Positions 56,170 through 64,000 of a stretch of 64,000 nt of DNA are shown piece by piece. A model generated the notes under the pieces. That model saw only the letters and a program-made list of their open reading frames with translations, was not told the DNA's origin and ran no database searches. A program made the translations under genes and the position numbers. Source of the stretch: Octopus vulgaris (taxonomy: Eukaryota); contig OX597822.1 of the NCBI GenBank assembly GCA_951406725.2, positions 59,148,001-59,212,000 of the forward strand, written 5' to 3'. Position 1 is the first letter of the stretch. Every line of letters begins with the position of its first letter.

Positions 56170-57225
56170 ATGGAGTTCGACTTGAGGTCGAAGGACGATT
56201 TTCCCGTGATGGGAAAAGGTGAAACCATGGAAAACCCAGTAACCAAACAGTCATTCTCGGCCGCGGTAGGCGGCGCTATGATAGAGGTCGAATTTAAGAT
56301 CGAACAGCTATACGAATACAGGAATCTTGTAAAAGTGGAAGGAGGTGAGATAAGGCTTGTACCGCCACAAGCGAAAGTACAAGAAATCAGGGAAAGAATT
56401 GTGATTTATAAAGTGTACAGCTTTAAAGAAAAAAAGATTATGGACATGAAAAATGAAATTGTCGAGAAGTGCCTGTCCCCGGTGTGGGACAGAATTCGTC
56501 ACATCGCGAGAGGTGCACGCAGTGCTACGGTCGAGGTGCACTTTGACACGGCAGAGGTGGCGAAAGAGGTGTCGTCGTTAACCCTAAAAAGCGACGACAT
56601 CATGTTGCTACCCTCGTATATGGGGAAGCGAACTGCAAAGTTAGTGGTAGAAGACATACCCAGAGGGTACGATATCATGTGGGTGGCAGCGGCGGTCCTG
56701 CACAACATGGAACGTGAAATATCCATACTGCAAATGAGAAGGAAGGAGGTGGTACGGTGGAAGGGTCAGACTTTAGAACTCCTCGTACAGGCAGAGAACA
56801 AGATCTTGGAGAGCCTGCCTGACAGAATCTTTAATGAGGACGGTACGTCCATGAGAGTTTCGGTGGAGGGACGTAGACCCAGATGCTTCAAGTGTGGAGA
56901 GAAGGGTCACGTCCGATCCAACTGTATTAAGAAAAAAAGAACAGAAGAAACGCCTCCTCCAAGTGTACCTGTCACTGAAGGGGAGGAAACAAGCAAAAAC
57001 AACAAAATGAAGAAGACAAGTACGGAAACAAAAACAGATCAAAAAGAACTAATGGACTACACACAAGTCACTCACAAAAGAAAAAAAGAGAATACCCAGG
57101 ACTCCCCTCCCCAAACAAGGAAAAAACAACAAACACAGCAGACACACACATCAAGCAAATCCCCCAACCCTACCCCCATGGCACTGTTTTCATTGGAAAA
57201 CAGTTTGCCAAACCCCTCCCCATAA
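56170..57225 (+). CDS. ORF1 gag-like nucleic-acid-binding protein, copy 1 (N-terminal part)
   Basis: ATG at 56170; zinc knuckle CFKCGEKGHVRSNC (CX2CX4HX4C). The stop follows an A6 run at 57121 that is A7 in copy 2. Confidence 0.85.
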   Translation: MEFDLRSKDDFPVMGKGETMENPVTKQSFSAAVGGAMIEVEFKIEQLYEYRNLVKVEGGEIRLVPPQAKVQEIRERIVIYKVYSFKEKKIMDMKNEIVEKCLSPVWDRIRHIARGARSATVEVHFDTAEVAKEVSSLTLKSDDIMLLPSYMGKRTAKLVVEDIPRGYDIMWVAAAVLHNMEREISILQMRRKEVVRWKGQTLELLVQAENKILESLPDRIFNEDGTSMRVSVEGRRPRCFKCGEKGHVRSNCIKKKRTEETPPPSVPVTEGEETSKNNKMKKTSTETKTDQKELMDYTQVTHKRKKENTQDSPPQTRKKQQTQQTHTSSKSPNPTPMALFSLENSLPNPSP

Positions 57226-57248
57226 AACAAGACATAAAAAAGTGCATA

Positions 57249-57593
57249 TTGAAAAACGAAAGAATAATAGCTTTCGATGAGAAAAATGAGAAAGTTTACA
57301 AATGCTGCAAACTTTCGAGATTTACACTGTATAGTAGAACCTCAGATGGGAAGGCAACCGCTCGCTTCGCGAAGGTAGGGGAGAACGAGTGGAAGGAGGA
57401 GGTTCTTCAGGAACACCTGAGGAACCGTCTATTAAGAGATGTGACCAAGGAGGTAATGGAGGGCAAACTGGCAATAACTCCGGCAACCACACCCACCCAG
57501 AGCCCAGTGGCAACGCCGGTCAAGAGCCCTGCAGCAACGGAAGAAAGGGAAGCAGGCAGATTGAAACTGTCATGCTCCCTTTCGCAACCGTGA
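57249..57593 (+). CDS. Frameshifted C-terminal continuation of ORF1, copy 1
   Basis: The same peptide (LKNERIIAFDEK...) is in frame with ORF1 in copy 2. It ends 28 nt before the ORF2 ATG. Confidence 0.7.
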   Translation: MKNERIIAFDEKNEKVYKCCKLSRFTLYSRTSDGKATARFAKVGENEWKEEVLQEHLRNRLLRDVTKEVMEGKLAITPATTPTQSPVATPVKSPAATEEREAGRLKLSCSLSQP

Positions 57594-57621
57594 GTATATT
57601 CATTTCTCTCTCTCGCCCACA

Positions 57622-60600
57622 ATGGCTAAGCTGGGTTGTATAAATGTACGTGGAATGGGGTCGAAACGGAAACAAATTTGTTTCCTGAACGACCTCACGA
57701 CACACGGTATAGATATTGCTATTGCAACCGAGTCCAAGATGAGCGAGACCCAAGCGTTCTCGCCTCTTCTAAATGGTTTCGAGAAATTTATTTCTCCTAG
57801 CCGAGGAAGAGGCAGAGGCGTGGCAGTCTTCATCAGGAAGAGCTTGGACTTGCAGGTAAGTACTGTCTTTCTGGATCCAGAAGGCAGGCTGGTTGTCCTG
57901 GATGTGACTCACGTAAGTAAACAGTCCTTCAGGTTGGGAGCTGTCTACGCCCCGAACGAGGGTAGACAGACGGGTTTTTTTCGGAACCTGGAGCCCTTTC
58001 TGGCGACGTCGAAAACAGTAATCCTAGTAGGGGACTTTAACACTGTCCTTGAAGCGCACATCGACAATGTTGGCTCAACCAATAGGAAGGGGAACCCTAG
58101 CCTCAAGGGTCTACTAGAGAGCTTTGATCTAGTGGACCGTTACCGACTGGATGAGCCGAGCGTTCCACAGTGGACGTGGAGTAACAACGACGGCTCACAC
58201 AGATCGTATCTAGATAGGATATTTATTAAGAAAAGAGATAAGGATACGTTTAGTTGTCCACAATTTCATATTGTACCTTACTCGGATCACAAGTTTGTGA
58301 CGTGTGAGGTGCAATTAGACAAGTGTCATAGACAGGGACCCGGGTACTGGAAGCTGAACAAGGCTATTTTGAATTGTGAAGACTTCCGTACCCGGATTAA
58401 GGTGTTAGTTCAGAGGGCATTGTGTGGCACCATCATTAACAATAGATGGTGGCACGCCCTCAAAAGAGCCATTCGTTTAGAGTCCGTCAGATTTAGCAAT
58501 CAGCTAAGGATAGATAGGGCTAGTCTAGAGGGCGATTTAGTTAAGAATCTAGACGAGGCAATGGAAGCTGGCTCTGCATCCGGAGTGTTGGCGGCAAGGA
58601 CGGTATTGTACCGTCACCTTAACTCCAAACACGAAGGTTGCAGAGTCAGAGCTAAGCTGCGCGCTGGAAAACGAGAAGGTATTAACGTGGCCGGATGGGC
58701 CCGTCGTGTGGAGAGTAAGAGAGGCAATAGAGCCTCAATCAAATCTTTGACTGACGAACAGGGACTAAAGATCTATGGACAGGAGGAGATGCAAAAGTTT
58801 CTTCACCAGCATTTCGCTCGCGTGTTCGGGGGTGGTGGTTCGCTGGATCGGGGGAGGGCCTTAAAGGACTTCCTGGCCGGCGGACCGCGGCTCGCGGGGC
58901 GTGAGGTGGAGTGCTGTGAAGGAGCGATCACTCCCGCGGAGATAAAGGAGATACTGGCCGGATGCGCCGGGGAGAAGTCGCCGGGGTTGGATGGTCTGCC
59001 CTACGAGTTTTACCAAAGTATGCCGGACTTGTTCGGGGGAATACTGGCGGGCGTCTACACGAACTGGCAGCAGAATGGGAGAATTCCCAGTTCTGTAAGC
59101 CGGGGAGTGGTGACGCTAATCCAGAAAGACCCGAGCAAGGGGGATAATATTAGTAACTACAGGCCCATAACTCTACTTAATGTAGAGTTAAAGATTCTGG
59201 CCAAGGTGTTAGCAAAAAGGTTGACGGTTGTCGTGGAGAAACTTGTAGGGAGAGCACAGACATGTGCAATTCCAGGCAGGTCGATCCAGGACAATCTTCA
59301 CCTTATACGCTACACCTTAGATAGGGTGGGTAAATTAGCCGGCAAAGGCGGGGTAATGGTTCATTTAGACCAAAGTAAAGCCTTCGATAGGGTAGACCAC
59401 GGGTACCTGGCGACGGTCCTCGAAGCGACTGGGCTGGGCCCTGAATTTCGCGGGTGGATCTCCGCTATGTATAGCGGCATCAAGTCCACCGTCCAGATAA
59501 ACGGTTACCTAACGGAACCGTTTTCGATCAAGTGTTCAGTGCGTCAGGGGTGCCCCTTGTCACCACTTTTGTACGTATTGGCTCTTGAGCCACTGCTGCG
59601 AAAGTTGGAGAGGCTGGGGAGTAACTCGGATGAAATCGGAGGTGGGAGGACGGTTACTGCTTATGCGGACGACGTCACCCTCATCGTGTCCAAAGAGGCC
59701 CAACTACCTTGTGTAGAGGAGGCTATCAGAGGATACGAGGCGGTGGCAGGAGCAAAGGTTAACAAGGACAAGTCGGTTGGCTTGCGCCTCGGCACCTGGA
59801 GGAGCAAGCCGATATCGTCCAGTGTCGTGGGACACTGGACGGATGGCCCTGTTAAGTTGCTGGGAGTTTGGTTTGGACCAGACTCCCAAACGGAGAAGAA
59901 CTGGAGTGAGGTGACGAGCAAGGTGGAGGCCATAGTACGGACCTGGTCCGGAAGGTCTCTGTCCTTGAAAGGAAAGGCGGAGGTGGTACAGATGTTCATT
60001 GCATCTGTAATCACCTACCGCCTGACCGTTGTCCCTTGCCCCGATTCATGGCTTAACAAGTTGGGACGAATCCTTTTCCGCTTTTTGTGGAAAGGAGGAA
60101 AGCCACTTGTGAGACGCTCCGTTTGCTGCCAAGAACCGTTAAAGGGTGGGTTAGGGATGCCTTGGTTGATGATGCGCAGACATGCGTTGAGGCTAAGGCA
60201 CCTCTGGCACCACCTGGAGGGTGATAAGGTGTGGAGTCCGCTGGCAGAGGGATTTTTCCCGAGACCGGCCTCCTTAGTGAAATTTAAACCCGGTTACATC
60301 AAAAGATGGAAACTGACTCCATGGCAAAAGGAGTGCCGACAGGCACTCACGCTGATCCACAGGACGGGCAAGGCCGGCTGCGGAAATACCACCTCGGTAT
60401 TTTATAGAGGGCTGGTGGAGGCAAAAAATGACGACGTCCTAGGAGGGGCTCTGGGGTTCGATGAAGACCAGCTCGCCAACCTGTTTAAAAAACTTTCAGG
60501 TCGGGGTATTTGGATAATTTCCAAAGATCCCTGGCCTGGCAGTGCTACAGGAATGCTTTACCTGTTCGCGAGAAGTTATCGCGGCACGGAGTTCCAGTGC

Positions 60601-60681
60601 CACCGACGTGTCCAAGGTGCGAGTTGGACGATGAAACCGTCCAGCACGCTTTTGTTCACTGTCGGAAGTTGTCCGACTTGA
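57622..60681 (+). CDS. ORF2 APE endonuclease / reverse transcriptase, copy 1
   Basis: APE motifs INVRG, ATESK, GDFN, YLDRIF, SDH; linker GPGYWKLN; RT motifs YRPITLLN, DQSKAFDRVDH, VRQGCPLSPLLY, YADD. The last ~63 codons are off-frame after A6 at 60487. Confidence 0.95.
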   Translation: MAKLGCINVRGMGSKRKQICFLNDLTTHGIDIAIATESKMSETQAFSPLLNGFEKFISPSRGRGRGVAVFIRKSLDLQVSTVFLDPEGRLVVLDVTHVSKQSFRLGAVYAPNEGRQTGFFRNLEPFLATSKTVILVGDFNTVLEAHIDNVGSTNRKGNPSLKGLLESFDLVDRYRLDEPSVPQWTWSNNDGSHRSYLDRIFIKKRDKDTFSCPQFHIVPYSDHKFVTCEVQLDKCHRQGPGYWKLNKAILNCEDFRTRIKVLVQRALCGTIINNRWWHALKRAIRLESVRFSNQLRIDRASLEGDLVKNLDEAMEAGSASGVLAARTVLYRHLNSKHEGCRVRAKLRAGKREGINVAGWARRVESKRGNRASIKSLTDEQGLKIYGQEEMQKFLHQHFARVFGGGGSLDRGRALKDFLAGGPRLAGREVECCEGAITPAEIKEILAGCAGEKSPGLDGLPYEFYQSMPDLFGGILAGVYTNWQQNGRIPSSVSRGVVTLIQKDPSKGDNISNYRPITLLNVELKILAKVLAKRLTVVVEKLVGRAQTCAIPGRSIQDNLHLIRYTLDRVGKLAGKGGVMVHLDQSKAFDRVDHGYLATVLEATGLGPEFRGWISAMYSGIKSTVQINGYLTEPFSIKCSVRQGCPLSPLLYVLALEPLLRKLERLGSNSDEIGGGRTVTAYADDVTLIVSKEAQLPCVEEAIRGYEAVAGAKVNKDKSVGLRLGTWRSKPISSSVVGHWTDGPVKLLGVWFGPDSQTEKNWSEVTSKVEAIVRTWSGRSLSLKGKAEVVQMFIASVITYRLTVVPCPDSWLNKLGRILFRFLWKGGKPLVRRSVCCQEPLKGGLGMPWLMMRRHALRLRHLWHHLEGDKVWSPLAEGFFPRPASLVKFKPGYIKRWKLTPWQKECRQALTLIHRTGKAGCGNTTSVFYRGLVEAKNDDVLGGALGFDEDQLANLFKKLSGRGIWIISKDPWPGSATGMLYLFARSYRGTEFQCHRRVQGASWTMKPSSTLLFTVGSCPT

Positions 60682-61010
60682 TAAGTTACGCAGAACACGT
60701 GTTATCGCATCTGGGACGAGTACAGCTGTCGGCTGAGTCTATGATTAAGATGATACCGCCAACTGGACTCTCGAAGGAAGGTGAGGCATGTTTTCACTGC
60801 ACGGTTGCAGTGGTAAAGGAATGCATGTGGAGAACGAGAATGGAAGGAGCCGCGATAGGGTCCTTTGTCTCCGGCCCCAGCTTGCTCACTTACTTCAGAT
60901 ATCATCTGAAGAGCAAAATGGGGCTAGAAAAGAGGACCTTACCGCGGGGTGTGTACGAGAAAAGATGGAAGGAAGTGGAAAGAAAGGTGGGTGTGAGAAA
61001 CCCAGCTTGA
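60510..61010 (+). CDS. True C-terminus of ORF2 (CCHC zinc finger), separated by a 1-nt frameshift
   Basis: CPRCELDDETVQHAFVHC, an L1/Tx1-type finger. Adding one A at 60487-60492 joins it to ORF2. Confidence 0.85.
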   Translation: MDNFQRSLAWQCYRNALPVREKLSRHGVPVPPTCPRCELDDETVQHAFVHCRKLSDLISYAEHVLSHLGRVQLSAESMIKMIPPTGLSKEGEACFHCTVAVVKECMWRTRMEGAAIGSFVSGPSLLTYFRYHLKSKMGLEKRTLPRGVYEKRWKEVERKVGVRNPA

Positions 61011-61245
61011 CCATGGAGGAGAGAGAGGAAGTGGAAGCTGCAGGGCCTCATAAATTGCCGGGGTGTAAAAGCGCCAGTGAGACTACAAGTTCACCTACTG
61101 TTGTTTGCTATACTAGTTATGCAAAGGTTATTATTTTATAACGAATTTAAACAAAATTTTTAACCGAATCTCTTAAATGTTTTTGTATGTATGTCCTGTA
61201 TTTGTCCTTCTGTGTATCGATTTTCATAATCTTAATAAAGAAATA

Positions 61246-64000
61246 GCTTATCAAGATGCCATCTCATTATTGCTTTCTTTTTCCGTTTGCGTTGTGAGAA
61301 AATTGCTGCCTCCATTTAAGAGAGTCGAAGTTGTGATATTATTGTTTGTACTAACTGCTTTGAACAGTGCCCGTTGTGAAACGGTGATTTTCGCCCTACG
61401 GGGCAGAAAATTTTGTATTACTTGAATTTTGTTACCTTCGAGGTGATGGAGTTCGACTTGACGTCGAAGGACGATTTTCCCGTGATGGGAAAAAGTGAAA
61501 CCACGGAAAATCAAGTACCCAAACAGTCATTCTCGGCCGCGGTGGGCGGCGCTATGATAGAGGTCGAATTTAAGATCGAACAGCTATACGAATACAGGAA
61601 TCTTGTAAAAGTGGAAGGAGGTGAGATAAGGCTTGTACCGCCGCAAGCGAAAGTACAAGAAATCAAGGAAAGAATTGTGATTTATAAAGTGTACAGCTTT
61701 AAAGAAAAAAAGATTATGGATGTGAAAAATGAAATTGTCGAGAAGTGCCTGTCCCCGGTGTGGGACAGAATTCGTCACATCGCGAGAGGTGCACGCAGTG
61801 CTACGGTCGAGGTGCACTTTGACACGGCAGAGGTGGCGAAAGAGGTGTCGTCGTTAACCCTAAAAAGCGACGACATCATGTTGCTACCCTCGTATATGGG
61901 GAAGCGAACTGCAAAGTTAGTGGTAGAAGACATACCCAGAGGGTACGATATCATGTGGGTGGCAGCGGCGGTCCTGCACAACATGGAACGTGAAATAACA
62001 ATACTGCAAATGAGAAGGAAGGAGGTGGTACGGTGGAAGGGTCAGACTTTGGAACTCCTCGTACAGGCAGAGAACAAGATCTTGGAGAGCCTGCCTGACA
62101 GAATCTTTAATGAGGACGGTACGTCCATGAGAGTTTCGGTGGAGGGACGTAGGCCCAGATGCTTCAAGTGTGGAGAGAAGGGTCACGTCCGATCCAACTG
62201 TATTAAGAAAAAAAGAACAGAAGAAACGCCTACTCCAAGTGTACCTGTCACTGAAGGGGAGGAAACAAGCAAAAACAACAAAATGAAGAAGACAAGTACG
62301 GAAACAAAAACAGATTCAATAGAACTAATGGACTACACACAAGTCACTCACAAAAGAAAAAAAGAGAATACCCAGGACTCCCCTCCCCAAACAAGGAAAA
62401 AAACAACAAACACAGCAGACACACACACCAAGCAAATCCCCCAACCCTACCCCCATGGCACTGTTTTCATTGGAAAACAGTTTGCCAAACCCCTCCCCAT
62501 AAAACAAGATATAAAAAAGTGCATATTGAAAAACGAAAGAATAATAGCTTTCGATGAGAAAAATGAGAAAGTTTACAAATGCTGCAAACTTTCGAGATTT
62601 ACACTGTATAGTAGAACCTCAGATGGGAAGGCAACCGCTCGCTTCGCGAAGGTAGGGGAGAACGAGTGGAAGGAGGAGGTTCTTCAGGAACACCTGAGGA
62701 ACCGTCTATTAAGAGATGTGACCAAGGAGGTAGTGGAGGGCAAACTGGCAATAACTCCGGCAACCACACCCACCCAGAGCCCAGTGGCAACGCCGGTCAA
62801 GAGCCCTGCAGCAACGGAAGAAAGGGAAGCAGACAGATTGAACTGTCATGCTCCCTTTCGCAACCGTGAGTACATTCATTTTTCTCTCTCGCCCACAATG
62901 GCTAAGCTGGGTTGTATAAATGTACGTGGAATGGGGTCGAAACGGAAACAAATTTGTTTCCTGAACGACCTCACGACACACGGTATAGATATTGCTATTG
63001 CAACCGAGTCCAAGATGAGCGAGACCCAAACGTTCTCGCCTCTTCTAAATGGTTTCGAGAAATTTATTTCTCCTAGCCGAGGAAGAGGCAGAGGCGTGGC
63101 AGTCTTCATCAGGAAGAGCTTGGACTTGCAGGTAAGTACTGTCTTTCTGGACCCAGAAGGCAGGCTGGTTGTCCTGGATGTGACTCACGTAAGTAAACAG
63201 TCCTTCAGGTTGGGAGCGGTCTACGCCCCGAACGAGGGTAGACAGACGGGTTTTTTTCGGAACCTGGAGCCCTTTCTGGCGACGTCGAAAACAGTAATCC
63301 TAGTAGGGGACTTTAACACTGTCCTTGAAGCGCACATCGACAATGTTGGCTCAACCAATAGGAAGGGGAACCCTAGCCTCAAGGGTCTACTAGAGAGCTT
63401 TGATCTAGTGGACCGTTACCGACTGGATGAGCCGAGCGTTCCACAGTGGACGTGGAGTAACAACGACGGCTCACACAGATCGTATCTAGATAGGATATTT
63501 ATTAAGAAAAGAGATAAGGATACGTTTAGTTGTCCACAATTTCATATTGTACCTTACTCGGATCACAAGTTTGTGACGTGTGAGGTGCAATTAGACAAGT
63601 GTCATAGACAGGGACCCGGGTACTGGAAGCTGAACAAGGCTATTTTGAATTGTGAAGACTTCCGTACCCGGATTAAGGTGTTAGTTCAGAGGGCATTGTG
63701 TGGCACCATCATTAACAATAGATGGTGGCACGCCCTCAAAAGAGCCATCCGTCTAGAGTCCGTCAGATTTAGCAATCAGCTAAGGATAGATAGGGCTAGT
63801 CTAGAGGGCGATTTAGTTAAGAATCTAGACGAGGCAATGGAAGCTGGCTCTGCATCCGGAGTGTTGGCGGCAAGGACGGTATTGTACCGCCACCTTAACT
63901 CCAAACACGAAGGTTGCAGAGTCAGAGCTAAGCTGCGCGCTGGAAAACGAGAAGGTATTAACGTGGCCGGATGGGCCCGTCGTGTGGAGAGTAAGAGAGG
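61246..64000 (+). mobile_element. Tx1/L1-clade LINE, copy 2 (runs off the window)
   Basis: Near-identical to copy 1 and directly abutting its 3' end. Lacks the 15-bp 5'UTR duplication of copy 1 and has scattered substitutions. Confidence 0.93.
61446..64000 (+). CDS. Continuous ORF1+ORF2 reading frame of copy 2 (partial)
   Basis: ATG 61446 and ORF2 ATG 62898 are in the same frame. The linker translates without a stop (...EADRLNCHAPFRNREYIHFSLSPTMAKLGCINVRG), and no terminated ORF is listed for this frame. Confidence 0.8.
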   Translation, partial: MEFDLTSKDDFPVMGKSETTENQVPKQSFSAAVGGAMIEVEFKIEQLYEYRNLVKVEGGEIRLVPPQAKVQEIKERIVIYKVYSFKEKKIMDVKNEIVEKCLSPVWDRIRHIARGARSATVEVHFDTAEVAKEVSSLTLKSDDIMLLPSYMGKRTAKLVVEDIPRGYDIMWVAAAVLHNMEREITILQMRRKEVVRWKGQTLELLVQAENKILESLPDRIFNEDGTSMRVSVEGRRPRCFKCGEKGHVRSNCIKKKRTEETPTPSVPVTEGEETSKNNKMKKTSTETKTDSIELMDYTQVTHKRKKENTQDSPPQTRKKTTNTADTHTKQIPQPYPHGTVFIGKQFAKPLPIKQDIKKCILKNERIIAFDEKNEKVYKCCKLSRFTLYSRTSDGKATARFAKVGENEWKEEVLQEHLRNRLLRDVTKEVVEGKLAITPATTPTQSPVATPVKSPAATEEREADRLNCHAPFRNREYIHFSLSPTMAKLGCINVRGMGSKRKQICFLNDLTTHGIDIAIATESKMSETQTFSPLLNGFEKFISPSRGRGRGVAVFIRKSLDLQVSTVFLDPEGRLVVLDVTHVSKQSFRLGAVYAPNEGRQTGFFRNLEPFLATSKTVILVGDFNTVLEAHIDNVGSTNRKGNPSLKGLLESFDLVDRYRLDEPSVPQWTWSNNDGSHRSYLDRIFIKKRDKDTFSCPQFHIVPYSDHKFVTCEVQLDKCHRQGPGYWKLNKAILNCEDFRTRIKVLVQRALCGTIINNRWWHALKRAIRLESVRFSNQLRIDRASLEGDLVKNLDEAMEAGSASGVLAARTVLYRHLNSKHEGCRVRAKLRAGKREGINVAGWARRVESKR

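Larger units (their letters stand above)
55955..61245 (+). mobile_element. Full-length Tx1/L1-clade non-LTR retrotransposon, copy 1 (5291 bp repeat unit)
   Basis: 5'UTR, ORF1 with CCHC knuckle, ORF2 APE-RT-zinc finger, 3'UTR ending AATAAAGAAATA. The unit restarts with GCTTATCAAGATGCC at 61246. Confidence 0.93.

Noticed and set aside
60484-60495. Programmed -1 frameshift before the ORF2 zinc finger
   Set aside because: No canonical X XXY YYZ heptamer in the needed phase. A single-A loss in a homopolymer (mutation or sequencing error) is simpler.
56308-63109. Antisense and alternative-frame ORFs within the Tx1 copies
   Set aside because: Short shadow frames with no motifs; repeated only because the element is duplicated.

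Overview
AT-rich, microsatellite-dense animal genomic DNA. The SINE families and simple-repeat landscape suggest an octopus/coleoid cephalopod (inference). No host protein-coding gene can be supported; the window is mostly mobile DNA. Main feature: a young head-to-tail tandem of two non-identical Tx1/L1-clade LINEs (55955-61245 and 61246 to the window end) with ORF1 CCHC knuckle, APE endonuclease, RT and C-terminal zinc finger. In the second copy ORF1 and ORF2 read as one continuous frame. Also present: older Tx1 remnants, a young CR1-type 3' fragment in (TA)n, R4/Dong-type fragments in (AAT)n, RTE remnants, mariner/hAT/Helitron non-autonomous elements, Penelope-type hammerhead ribozyme motifs (one pair in a 270-bp palindrome), and many tRNA-derived SINEs. 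Two SINE tails match the 3' ends of LINEs in this same window (Tx1 and CR1), including stem-loops of the same geometry but different sequence.
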